A DNA stretch of 64,000 bases from Patescibacteria group bacterium (GTDB lineage Bacteria; Patescibacteriota; Kazan-3B-28; UBA10110): assembly GCA_016936175.1 (NCBI GenBank), contig JAFGPN010000015.1, forward strand, positions 16,636-80,635, written 5' to 3'. The translations under genes were made by a program, and so were the position numbers. Each line of letters opens with the position of its first letter. Positions within the stretch are counted from its first letter, which is position 1. This document shows, in pieces, positions 6,669-17,242 of this stretch. The notes beneath the pieces are model-generated. The model worked only from the letters and a program-made list of their open reading frames with translations. It was not told the origin of the DNA and did not search any database.

Positions 6669-9557
6669 ATGGAAGGCTTGGGCTCGCTCATCTTAATGGC
6701 GTTACTGGTGGTGGGGTGGCTGGCAGTAGCCGCTTTTTTGACGTGGTGGGTAATTAAAAAATTTGCCCAAAAAAAGGGTGAGGTTTCTACAACGCCAATC
6801 TTGACTACTTCGGAAGATGCGGTGTTGATAGCAATCGAAGTGCCAAAAGAAAACGAAAAGACTCCCTTAGCGGCCGAGACGATGTTTTCTAGTCTTCATG
6901 GCATTGGTAATCATCGGTTGAGTTTTGAAATTGAGGCTAAAGAGAAATCGGTTAGATTTTATGCTTGGGTCCCCACCAGCTTAAGAAACTATGTCGAGGG
7001 TCAGTTATACGCCCAATACCCAGACATGAACGTATTAGAAACAAAAGATTATTCGGATCCGACCCAGTTACCAGAGAACAGCGTGGGGGCTTCAACCGAG
7101 CTACTGTTTACGAAAAAGAATTTTTTCCCGATAAAAACGTTTATCAACTTTACCGTTGATCCACTGGCCGCTATTACCGGTATGTTGGGTAAATTGGGAG
7201 AGGATGAACATATCTGGATTCAATTAGTGATTAGTCCGGAGAGCAATCGGTGGCGAGACAGAGCGATGGCGTTTATCTCGGCGGTAAAATCTGGTCGTTC
7301 ACCCGAGATTGGCGCGGCCATTACCAAGAGTATATTTTCTCTAGCCGGGGATGTGGTTGGTTCTTTATCGCGTGGCGGTGGTTACGAGGCGAAAAAAGAA
7401 AACACTAAAGTAGAGCTATCTCCCGGCACCGACCTAATGCTAAAGGCTATTGAGGAAAAGAGCTCAAAGCTGGGCTTTAAAACCAAGATTCGATTGGTAG
7501 TGTGGGACAAGGATGAGGCGTCGGCTAAGGCCAAGCTTCAGTTAGCTTTAGGCACCTTTAAGCAGTTTGACACTACTAATTTAAACTCGTTTAAGGCTGG
7601 TAAATATGTTAATAATCGGGCAAATATTCTAACCACCTATAACCGACGGGAGTTGGGCAAGGACCCAACAATTCTTAATGTAACCGAGCTAGCCTCGATC
7701 TACCACTTACCCAATGTAAGCGTGGCGACTCCGAATATCGTTTGGGCTGGTTCGCGTAAGGGGGAACCGCCCGCCAACTTACCTTTGGTCGGTGAGGTAC
7801 CAGCGGAGGAGCTAACTACATTAGCCACCACTAACTTTCGGGGCACTCAAGAGAAGTTTGGAATTAAATTAAAAGATCGTCATCGCCATATCTACATCAT
7901 CGGTAAGAGCGGCACCGGTAAGTCAACTCTGCTTAATAATATGGCAGTTGATGATATTCGGGAACGGCGTGGGGTGGGGATTATCGACCCACATGGCGAC
8001 TATGTCGATACCGTTTTAAAGTACGTGCCAAACTATCGGGTAAACGATGTAATTTTATTTGATCCCGGCGATCGCGATTTTCCGATTGCGGTAAATATGT
8101 TAGAACTGCGTGACCCTAAGTATAAGGTAGTGGTGGCCTCCGGGGTGGTAGGTATCTTTAAAAAGATCTTTGGCTTTTCTTGGGGTCCCAGGCTTGAGTA
8201 CTGGCTGAGTTCGGCGGTAATGGCGTTGTTAGACTACCCCGATTCAACCTTAATGATGATTCCTGGATTATTTACCGACGCCGATTTTCGGGACAAGGTT
8301 ATCGCCAAGATATCTGACCCTCTAATTAAAAGACGGTGGATCTCCGAATATAACCAGCTCGATCAGAAACAACGTAACGAAACTATTTCGCCCATTTTAA
8401 ACAAGGTAGGCCAGTTCTTATCTTCGCCAGTGATTCGTAATATTGTTGGCCAGCCTCATTCCAGTATTGATTTTCGTAAGGTAATGGATGAGGGCAAGAT
8501 TCTGTTAGTAAAATTAGCCAAGGGTATTATCGGCGAGGATAACGCCGCCTTGATGGGCGCCATGATTATCACTCAGTTGCAGTTAGCCGCAATGTCTCGG
8601 GCCGATGTGGTCGAAGCAGGGCGCAAAGATTTTTATCTGTATGTGGACGAGTTTCAGAACTTTGCCACCGAATCGTTTCAGGCAATTCTATCTGAGGCTC
8701 GTAAGTATCACTTATCTCTCACTCTGGCTAACCAGTATATGGATCAGTTAATCCCCGAAGTAAGCGACGCCATCTTTGGTAACGTTAATACCATCATTGC
8801 CTTCCGGGTTGGCGGGGATGACGCTAAACAGTTGGAGAAAGAATTTGCCCCAATATTCGAAGCTAATGATTTGGTCAATTTAAATATGTTTAACATCTAC
8901 ATCAAGCTGTCAATCGATAATATTACCACTAACGCCTTCTCAGCCCAGACTCTGCCGTATCCGGATGATTTTAACCATAACGAAGAAAAGATTATCAAAG
9001 CTTCTCGTGAGCGCTATTCTCGTCCAGCCAGTTTTGTAGAAGAGAGGATAGATAAGGCCCTGGCTATTCCGGAGCCACCGCCTCGACCCGCTCCCCTGGC
9101 CGCGTCCCGCGACCGCGGGCAGGCTCGGACGGGTCAACCGAGATGGGAGAGGCCAACCGGACGGAGCCAAGCGCAGATGGGTCAGTCGCGGCGACCACAG
9201 GGCGATCAGGATTTTCAAAGGCCTCAACCACCAAAAAGGAGTCTGCCTGATCGACCAGTGCCGTTTCGGCCGGCGATGAAGGTGGAACCTCCCAAGCAGG
9301 TTTCCCCTGCGCCACAACCTAAACGTAAACCGGACGATTCTTTGCTAAAAAAGGTGATATCGGCGATGGAGAAGCAGAGGCCGTGGGTGCCTGGTCAGAA
9401 GCCAGCTAAACCCAATCCGGTTGCCGATCTCAATTCAGATAAAAAATCGATTGAGGATATTAGAAGGCAGAAATCGGATGAAGCGCAAAACAAGCCTAAC
9501 GAATCAATCCTGCTTGATGAAGACAGGGGTGAGATCAATCTATCAAATGACAAGTAG
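6669..9557 (+). CDS. membrane-anchored DUF87 / TraD-VirD4-like (type IV coupling protein-like) P-loop ATPase with a disordered Pro/Arg/Gln-rich C-terminal tail
   Basis: N-terminal TM helix, Walker A IIGKSGTGKST, Walker B YLYVDEFQNF, and a conserved GDY/HxxxD region. It has a paralog at 17243-19681. Confidence 0.7.
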   Translation: MEGLGSLILMALLVVGWLAVAAFLTWWVIKKFAQKKGEVSTTPILTTSEDAVLIAIEVPKENEKTPLAAETMFSSLHGIGNHRLSFEIEAKEKSVRFYAWVPTSLRNYVEGQLYAQYPDMNVLETKDYSDPTQLPENSVGASTELLFTKKNFFPIKTFINFTVDPLAAITGMLGKLGEDEHIWIQLVISPESNRWRDRAMAFISAVKSGRSPEIGAAITKSIFSLAGDVVGSLSRGGGYEAKKENTKVELSPGTDLMLKAIEEKSSKLGFKTKIRLVVWDKDEASAKAKLQLALGTFKQFDTTNLNSFKAGKYVNNRANILTTYNRRELGKDPTILNVTELASIYHLPNVSVATPNIVWAGSRKGEPPANLPLVGEVPAEELTTLATTNFRGTQEKFGIKLKDRHRHIYIIGKSGTGKSTLLNNMAVDDIRERRGVGIIDPHGDYVDTVLKYVPNYRVNDVILFDPGDRDFPIAVNMLELRDPKYKVVVASGVVGIFKKIFGFSWGPRLEYWLSSAVMALLDYPDSTLMMIPGLFTDADFRDKVIAKISDPLIKRRWISEYNQLDQKQRNETISPILNKVGQFLSSPVIRNIVGQPHSSIDFRKVMDEGKILLVKLAKGIIGEDNAALMGAMIITQLQLAAMSRADVVEAGRKDFYLYVDEFQNFATESFQAILSEARKYHLSLTLANQYMDQLIPEVSDAIFGNVNTIIAFRVGGDDAKQLEKEFAPIFEANDLVNLNMFNIYIKLSIDNITTNAFSAQTLPYPDDFNHNEEKIIKASRERYSRPASFVEERIDKALAIPEPPPRPAPLAASRDRGQARTGQPRWERPTGRSQAQMGQSRRPQGDQDFQRPQPPKRSLPDRPVPFRPAMKVEPPKQVSPAPQPKRKPDDSLLKKVISAMEKQRPWVPGQKPAKPNPVADLNSDKKSIEDIRRQKSDEAQNKPNESILLDEDRGEINLSNDK
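9086..9118. repeat. 33-nt GC-rich hairpin element, inverted copy of 11588-11620, embedded in-frame in the ATPase C-terminal tail
   Basis: cccctggccgcgtcccgcgaccgcgggcaggct is the exact reverse complement of 11588-11620. Confidence 0.8.
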
Positions 9558-9574
9558 TAGGCCTGTATAATTAA

Positions 9575-11584
<2,010 letters not shown>

Positions 11585-11587
11585 CCT

Positions 11588-11636
11588 GCCCGCGGTCGCG
11601 GGACGCGGCCAGGGGGGCTGGATCAGGTTTTTTTAT
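11588..11636 (+). terminator. rho-independent terminator of ligA (GC hairpin plus T7 run)
   Basis: cccgcggtcgcggg palindrome within a 33-nt element, followed by tttttttatgg. Confidence 0.6.
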
Positions 11637-11717
11637 GGTAGACTGAGGTGTTGTCCAAGCTTGGATAACTTATTCTTGTTTTCATTTTTTATTTTTGAGC
11701 ACAGGAGGTTCATTAAC

Positions 11718-13049
11718 ATGTCGGCAAGCAAGGAGTCCTGCGTTACCGCTGTGGTGGGTGCTCAGTGGGGTGACGAGGGCAAGGGGAAGCTGGTGCATCT
11801 GCTTTCTCGGAATTTTGACTTGGTCGTTCGTTATCAGGGGGGCGAGAACGCTGGTCATACGGTAGAAACGGATGGCCAAACCTATCGTTTTCGCCTCTTG
11901 CCAAGCGGCATTCTTTATTCTCACGTAACGGCCGTACTCGGCCGTGGGATGGTGGTTAATCCCATTAGCCTGGCGGCCGAGATTGATGAGCTCAGCACAC
12001 AAGGCGCTTTCCGCGGAAAACTAATCGTAGACCGCGGCATCCAGCTGGTGTTGCGGGCTCATCAACTACAGGATCAGTACAGCGAAGAAGCCAAGGATAT
12101 TGGTGGGCTGGCGGTAGGAACGACGCGACGTGGTATCGGACCGGCCTATGCGGACAAGCACTTTCGTGTAGGCATAAAGGCGGGAGATCTGCTGCGTCCT
12201 CGCGCAGAACTTCGTCAAATGTTTTGCTCTGATATCACCCGCAAGAACGCGCTGTTTGCGGGTTACTACGGACAGCCCCAGGGGGATGCTGGTGAGCTGT
12301 GGGCGGAATTTGAGCCGGCAATCGAAAAGATTGCGCCGTATATCGCAGATGCGGTCTCGTTGGTGATGGTGGCGAAGGAGAAGTGCAGGCCCATCCTCTG
12401 TGAGGGAGCCCAGGGCGTGTTGCTTGATCTCGATTACGGAACATATCCGTATGTAACCAGTAGCCATCCGGGCATAGCTGGCGCACTTTCCGGAACCGGC
12501 ATAAACTGGACCGATATCGGCGAAGTGATTGGGGTGACCAAGGCCTATACCACTCGGGTTGGCAACGGACCATTCCCGACCGAGGAGTTAGGCCCTTTGG
12601 GTGAACTGATGCGTGAGCGAGGCGCTGAATACGGTACGGTAACTAAGCGTCCCCGCCGGTGTGGTTGGCTGGATTTAGTGCTACTGAAGTACGCCCGTGA
12701 AGTTGTTGGCATTACCAAATGGGCGGTGACTAAAGTGGATGTGCTGGACGAACTATCAGAGATTCTCTCCTGCAACTTCTACGTCCAATCCGACCATATG
12801 GCAGGTCCAACCCTTAACCCGGAGATGGATCGACTTGGAGACTACTTGCCCCGCTATAGCCGTTTGAGTGGCTGGAACTGCGATACGACGCAGTGCCGTC
12901 GATATGCCGATTTGCCATCGGCGTTGATAAACTACCTCAAGCACATCGAGGTGGCGACTAAAACCCCGGTTGCCTTTGTATCGGTGGGCCCAGCCACCGA
13001 TGCTGTCGTCTGGATAGGAGCCGAACAGGTTGCCATGGCCGAGGCCTAA
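11718..13049 (+). CDS. purA: adenylosuccinate synthetase
   Basis: GAQWGDEGKGK P-loop. The aggagg ribosome-binding site lies 9 nt upstream of ATG 11718; the track start at 11661 is likely too early. Confidence 0.9.
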   Translation: MSASKESCVTAVVGAQWGDEGKGKLVHLLSRNFDLVVRYQGGENAGHTVETDGQTYRFRLLPSGILYSHVTAVLGRGMVVNPISLAAEIDELSTQGAFRGKLIVDRGIQLVLRAHQLQDQYSEEAKDIGGLAVGTTRRGIGPAYADKHFRVGIKAGDLLRPRAELRQMFCSDITRKNALFAGYYGQPQGDAGELWAEFEPAIEKIAPYIADAVSLVMVAKEKCRPILCEGAQGVLLDLDYGTYPYVTSSHPGIAGALSGTGINWTDIGEVIGVTKAYTTRVGNGPFPTEELGPLGELMRERGAEYGTVTKRPRRCGWLDLVLLKYAREVVGITKWAVTKVDVLDELSEILSCNFYVQSDHMAGPTLNPEMDRLGDYLPRYSRLSGWNCDTTQCRRYADLPSALINYLKHIEVATKTPVAFVSVGPATDAVVWIGAEQVAMAEA

Positions 13050-13072
13050 CAGTTCTTTCGGTTGCTTATCAT

Positions 13073-13112
13073 GCCGAGCCCTTTCCCACCGGGGCTCGGC
13101 GCTTTTTTATGC
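13073..13112 (+). terminator. terminator after purA
   Basis: gccgagccc...ggggctcggc hairpin followed by gcttttttat. Confidence 0.55.
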
Positions 13113-13144
13113 TCGTCTGATGGTTCAGGTATAATCTATATATA

Positions 13145-13444
13145 ATGAAACTTCCAAAGGCAGAGGTAGAACATATTGCGATGTTGGCCCGAATTGGGCT
13201 GACAGAAGCAGAAAAACAGCACTACTCGGACCAGCTTTCCGCGATTTTAGAATATGTGGATGAGTTAAAAAAGGTGGATATTAAAGATGTACCGGATGTG
13301 GGGCAGATCACTGGTCTGGAGAATCAATCGGCCAAGGATACTGTAAAAGGCTGTGAATTATCTCGGGAAGAACTATTTAAGAACGCGCCGATGACTGAAA
13401 GGGGGTACATCAAAGTAAAAAGCGTATTAGGCCGTGAAACTTAA
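13145..13444 (+). CDS. gatC: Asp-tRNA(Asn)/Glu-tRNA(Gln) amidotransferase subunit C
   Basis: About 99 aa. The GatC-like N-terminus (VEHIAMLARIGLTEAEK) sits immediately upstream of gatA. Confidence 0.85.
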   Translation: MKLPKAEVEHIAMLARIGLTEAEKQHYSDQLSAILEYVDELKKVDIKDVPDVGQITGLENQSAKDTVKGCELSREELFKNAPMTERGYIKVKSVLGRET

Positions 13445-13573
13445 TTTTGTCCTCGCGAAGGCGGGGACCCAGAAAGAAAAAGAAATATTTTTGTTATGGT
13501 CTGGATTCCCGCCTTCCTCTCGGCCATGAGCTCGAGGTCGAATGGCGCGGGAATGACAAGAAGAGAGTTATAT

Positions 13574-14941
13574 ATGAATATCACAGAGGCAAAAAAAGTT
13601 GACCTCAAGAAATTTCTCGACGAGGCTAAAGCCGCTGACGAGAAGTTTAATATTTTATTGTCCGTTGCTGACAAACCGGGCAAGTTGGGCAAAGGCGATT
13701 TAGCGGTGCCGTGTTTGATCAAAGACAATATTGTAACGACTGATTACCCAACAACTTGCGCTTCGAAAATATTAGAAGGCTTCCGCTCGCCGTATGAGGC
13801 GACAGTAGTAACTAAATTAAAACAAGCTGGGGCGTGGGTGGCTGGCAAGCTTAATTTAGACGAGTTTGCCATGGGCTCCTCCACCGAGAACTCCGCTTTT
13901 GGAGCTACTAAAAACCCGATTGACTCCACTCGAGTGCCGGGCGGAAGTAGTGGCGGCTCTGCCGCCGCGGTTGCGGCTGGTGTGACGCCGTTTAGTTTGG
14001 GTAGCGATACAGGGGGGAGCATAAGACAGCCTGCTGCTTTCTGCGGCGTGGTGGGGATGAAGCCAACCTATGGCCGGGTCAGCCGTTACGGACTCGTCGC
14101 GATGGCGAGTTCTTTAGATCAAATCGGTCCACTTACTACCACAGTGGAAGACTGCGCTCTCGTATTAAAAATAATTTCTGGAAAAGATCCGTTAGATGCC
14201 ACCTCGTTAGATGCGCCGGTGCCCGATTATGTGTCGGAGATGAAAAAAGATATTAAAGGGCTGAATATCGGTGTGCCGAAAGAATTCTTTGGTGAAGGTG
14301 TGGATAGGGCGATTGAAGAAAAAGTGCAAGTGGCTATTAAGGAATTAGAAAAGCTCGGGGCCAAAATAAAAGAAGTTAGTTTGCCCAATTCTCGCTACGC
14401 CTTGGCCACTTATTATATTATTCAGCCAGCCGAGGTTTCGGCTAATCTGGCACGCTACGACGGGGTAAAATACGGCGTTTCTGAGGGTAAAAATGAGCAG
14501 ATTGAAACCATCGAAGAGATGTACCGCCAAACTCGCGCTAAATATTTGGGTGATGAGGTAAAGCGCCGAATTATGCTGGGAACCTATGCCACCTCTGCTG
14601 GATTTAGGGATGCATACTACGACAGGGCCCGAAAGGTGGCGACTCTAATTAAGCAAGATTTTGATAAGGTTTTTAAAGAAGTAGACGTGCTGATAACTCC
14701 AACTACTCCCACAGTAGCGTTTAAGCTGGGGGAGAATACGACTGACCCGCTGAAGATGTATATGTCCGACCTGCTAACGGTTCCTGCCAATATTGCTGGA
14801 ATCCCGGCTATCTCTATTCCTTGTGACAAAATTGATGGCCTCCCGGTGGGATTGCAGATAATGGGGCCGCAACTGGGTGAAAGTAAGGTATTGCAAGTAG
14901 CCTATGCCTACGAGCAATCCACGGACTGGAGGCAACAATGA
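13574..14941 (+). CDS. gatA: Asp-tRNA(Asn)/Glu-tRNA(Gln) amidotransferase subunit A (amidase)
   Basis: Amidase signature [17 protein letters not shown] 13574 gives a typical length. The track start at 13496 runs through an upstream repeat. Confidence 0.9.
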   Translation: MNITEAKKVDLKKFLDEAKAADEKFNILLSVADKPGKLGKGDLAVPCLIKDNIVTTDYPTTCASKILEGFRSPYEATVVTKLKQAGAWVAGKLNLDEFAMGSSTENSAFGATKNPIDSTRVPGGSSGGSAAAVAAGVTPFSLGSDTGGSIRQPAAFCGVVGMKPTYGRVSRYGLVAMASSLDQIGPLTTTVEDCALVLKIISGKDPLDATSLDAPVPDYVSEMKKDIKGLNIGVPKEFFGEGVDRAIEEKVQVAIKELEKLGAKIKEVSLPNSRYALATYYIIQPAEVSANLARYDGVKYGVSEGKNEQIETIEEMYRQTRAKYLGDEVKRRIMLGTYATSAGFRDAYYDRARKVATLIKQDFDKVFKEVDVLITPTTPTVAFKLGENTTDPLKMYMSDLLTVPANIAGIPAISIPCDKIDGLPVGLQIMGPQLGESKVLQVAYAYEQSTDWRQQ

Positions 14942-15339
14942 TAGCGACTTGGTGGTTGCTTCCGATCTTGTTGATGGCCTGGCTACTGCTGTGGTGGATT
15001 ACTCGTACCAAAGGATTATCCGACAAAGACCGGTCGATAATTCTGCGCAAATGGAAAGAGGTGGAGGCGTTGATGGAAGAAAAAAGATATCGTGACGCAG
15101 TGTTAGAGGCCGACAAAACTTTGGATTTTGCGATGCGGAGGATGCATATTGTCGGAGAAACATTTGCTAAGCGGTTTAAAAAAGCTGAAGCATCAATCGG
15201 GAGATCCGAGGATGTGTGGGTGGCGCACAAGATGCGTAACCAATTAGTTCATGATATCGATTTTGAGATTACTAATAACAAGGCGGTTAACGCTACCAAC
15301 GCCTTTCATCGGGCGCTAAAAAAATTAAACGCACTATAG
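14938..15339 (+). CDS. small membrane protein inserted between gatA and gatB
   Basis: Start overlaps the gatA stop (ATGA). N-terminal TM segment [17 protein letters not shown]. Confidence 0.45.
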   Translation: MIATWWLLPILLMAWLLLWWITRTKGLSDKDRSIILRKWKEVEALMEEKRYRDAVLEADKTLDFAMRRMHIVGETFAKRFKKAEASIGRSEDVWVAHKMRNQLVHDIDFEITNNKAVNATNAFHRALKKLNAL

Positions 15340-15340
15340 C

Positions 15341-15394
15341 GTCATCCTGAATTCATTTCAGGATCTAGATTCTGAAACAAGTTCAGAATGACAG
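15341..15394. repeat. two-hairpin dispersed repeat (GTCATCCTGAA..TTCAGGATC + TCTGAAACAAGTTCAGAATGAC)
   Basis: Related copies at 2277-2327 (inside the RT gene), 57783-57834, 27421-27509 and 36389-36473. Confidence 0.7.
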
Positions 15395-15405
15395 TAAGTA
15401 ATATT

Positions 15406-16776
15406 ATGAAAGAATACGTTCCCACAATTGGATTAGAGATTCATGTGCAGTTAAAGACGGCTAGCAAGATGTTCTGTCGTTGCGATAACAACGCGGAAGG
15501 TAAAGAACCCAATACGGTCGTCTGTCCTTTGTGCATGGGCTTTCCTGGGGTATTGCCGGTGGTTAATGCTACTGCCATCGAGTATGGGGTAAAAACCGCG
15601 CTGGCACTGGGTTGTAAGATAAATAAATTTCAGCGATTCGATCGCAAAAACTATTTTTACCCGGATCTACCTAAGGCTTATCAAATCTCCCAATTTTTCT
15701 TTCCCGTGGGCGAACACGGAGAGATAACCATTGATTATTTGGGGTCAGACAGAAAGACCAGAAAAGAATTTAAGGTTGGCATAAACCGAGTTCATTTAGA
15801 AGAGGATGCGGGTAAATTAATTCACACCAAAGATGCTACGCTGGTTGATTTCAACCGATGTGGCACACCGTTGATGGAGATAGTCACCGAACCAGATATC
15901 ACCTCACCGGAAGAGGCTAAGGCCTTTATGCAAGAACTTCAGCGAATCGTACGTTCATTGGGGGTGTCGTTTGCCGATATGGAAAAGGGCCATTTACGAG
16001 TAGATGCCAATGTTTCGGTTAGACCCAAGGGTCAGAAAAAGCTGGGGGTTAAGATCGAGGTCAAAAATATGAACTCGTTTAAATTTATGGAGCAGGCACT
16101 AAAGCACGAGATCGAGCGCCAGATATCTGCCTTAGAAGCGGGAGAAAAGTTGCAACAAGAAACCCGGGGCTGGGATGCAAAAACCGGCACCACAATATTG
16201 CAACGGGTCAAAGAGGGTTCGATTGACTATCGCTATTTCCCCGAGCCAGATCTGCCCCCCATTGTTTTGGACGATAAACAAATCAATGATTGGTCAAAAG
16301 AGGTAACGGCCGAATTGCCTTCCGCATTGCGCGCTAAAGCGGAAAAAACAGGTTTATCGTATGAAAAGATCTGTGAGCTACAAGATAAAAACGCATTAAT
16401 CAACTTATTGGTGATATTAGATAAAAATAAGAAACTTGATCCAACAGTAATAGCCAATTATCCAGGTGCATCATCAGAATTTTATAAATGGATAGTCGAA
16501 GAGAAACCATCCAATAGTGTAATACGTCAGGTGTTTGATTCGATTAGCTCCGGCAAAAAATTTAAAGATGCAGTCGATGTCGTTAAAATAGTGGACCATA
16601 GTGATTTGATGGTGATGGTAAAGCGAGTACTTGATGCCAATCCCGATGTGGTTAAAAGATATAAGGCGGGAGAGACCAAACTAATTGGATTTTTGACCGG
16701 TCAGATAATGAAGCAAGCGGGTGGGGGAGCGGACCCCATCTCTGTTACAGACCTGTTAAATAAACTATTGACATAA
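15406..16776 (+). CDS. gatB: Asp-tRNA(Asn)/Glu-tRNA(Gln) amidotransferase subunit B
   Basis: PTIGLEIHVQL N-terminus and a CRCD zinc motif. ATG 15406 follows a repeat element; the track start 15388 lies inside that repeat. Confidence 0.9.
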   Translation: MKEYVPTIGLEIHVQLKTASKMFCRCDNNAEGKEPNTVVCPLCMGFPGVLPVVNATAIEYGVKTALALGCKINKFQRFDRKNYFYPDLPKAYQISQFFFPVGEHGEITIDYLGSDRKTRKEFKVGINRVHLEEDAGKLIHTKDATLVDFNRCGTPLMEIVTEPDITSPEEAKAFMQELQRIVRSLGVSFADMEKGHLRVDANVSVRPKGQKKLGVKIEVKNMNSFKFMEQALKHEIERQISALEAGEKLQQETRGWDAKTGTTILQRVKEGSIDYRYFPEPDLPPIVLDDKQINDWSKEVTAELPSALRAKAEKTGLSYEKICELQDKNALINLLVILDKNKKLDPTVIANYPGASSEFYKWIVEEKPSNSVIRQVFDSISSGKKFKDAVDVVKIVDHSDLMVMVKRVLDANPDVVKRYKAGETKLIGFLTGQIMKQAGGGADPISVTDLLNKLLT

Positions 16777-16870
16777 TAATCCGCTTGTGGTATAATAAAA
16801 AGAAGTCTGCAGGTTTGACTTAGGAGGGTCAGCGGAGTAAGATTATGGGTTAGTAAAGGAAATATCCTTT

Positions 16871-17206
16871 ATGGGAAAGAATAATCCGGAATTAGTGCCA
16901 AATAGTGGCGAGGGAGCGTCGGAAATTGCTCCGAGCGCCGCTGTTGAGGGTGTACAAAATACCGAAATCGCTTCAGAGCCAACCTCATTAGAGACCACAG
17001 TTCCGTTTGTGCCGGATTTAGAGGTGACGGCTGATGCAGTCGACTTGACGACGGTAACCCCGCCGCATGTTAATCAGAATCGAATCAATCCCATAGATGG
17101 TACCGGGGCGCTAAAAAGCAGGTTTGAGCAAGGCGCAACCACAGCATCTAATGTAGCTCATAATGTCGTGGTAGAATTTACTAGGTTGAGAGAAGATCAA
17201 AAATAA
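16871..17206 (+). CDS. acidic, low-complexity hypothetical protein upstream of the second DUF87 ATPase
   Basis: ORF only. Ala/Thr/Glu-rich with no recognisable motif. Confidence 0.35.
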   Translation: MGKNNPELVPNSGEGASEIAPSAAVEGVQNTEIASEPTSLETTVPFVPDLEVTADAVDLTTVTPPHVNQNRINPIDGTGALKSRFEQGATTASNVAHNVVVEFTRLREDQK

Positions 17207-17242
17207 AATAAACTAACGTTCGAGCCTTCAAATTAAAATAAA

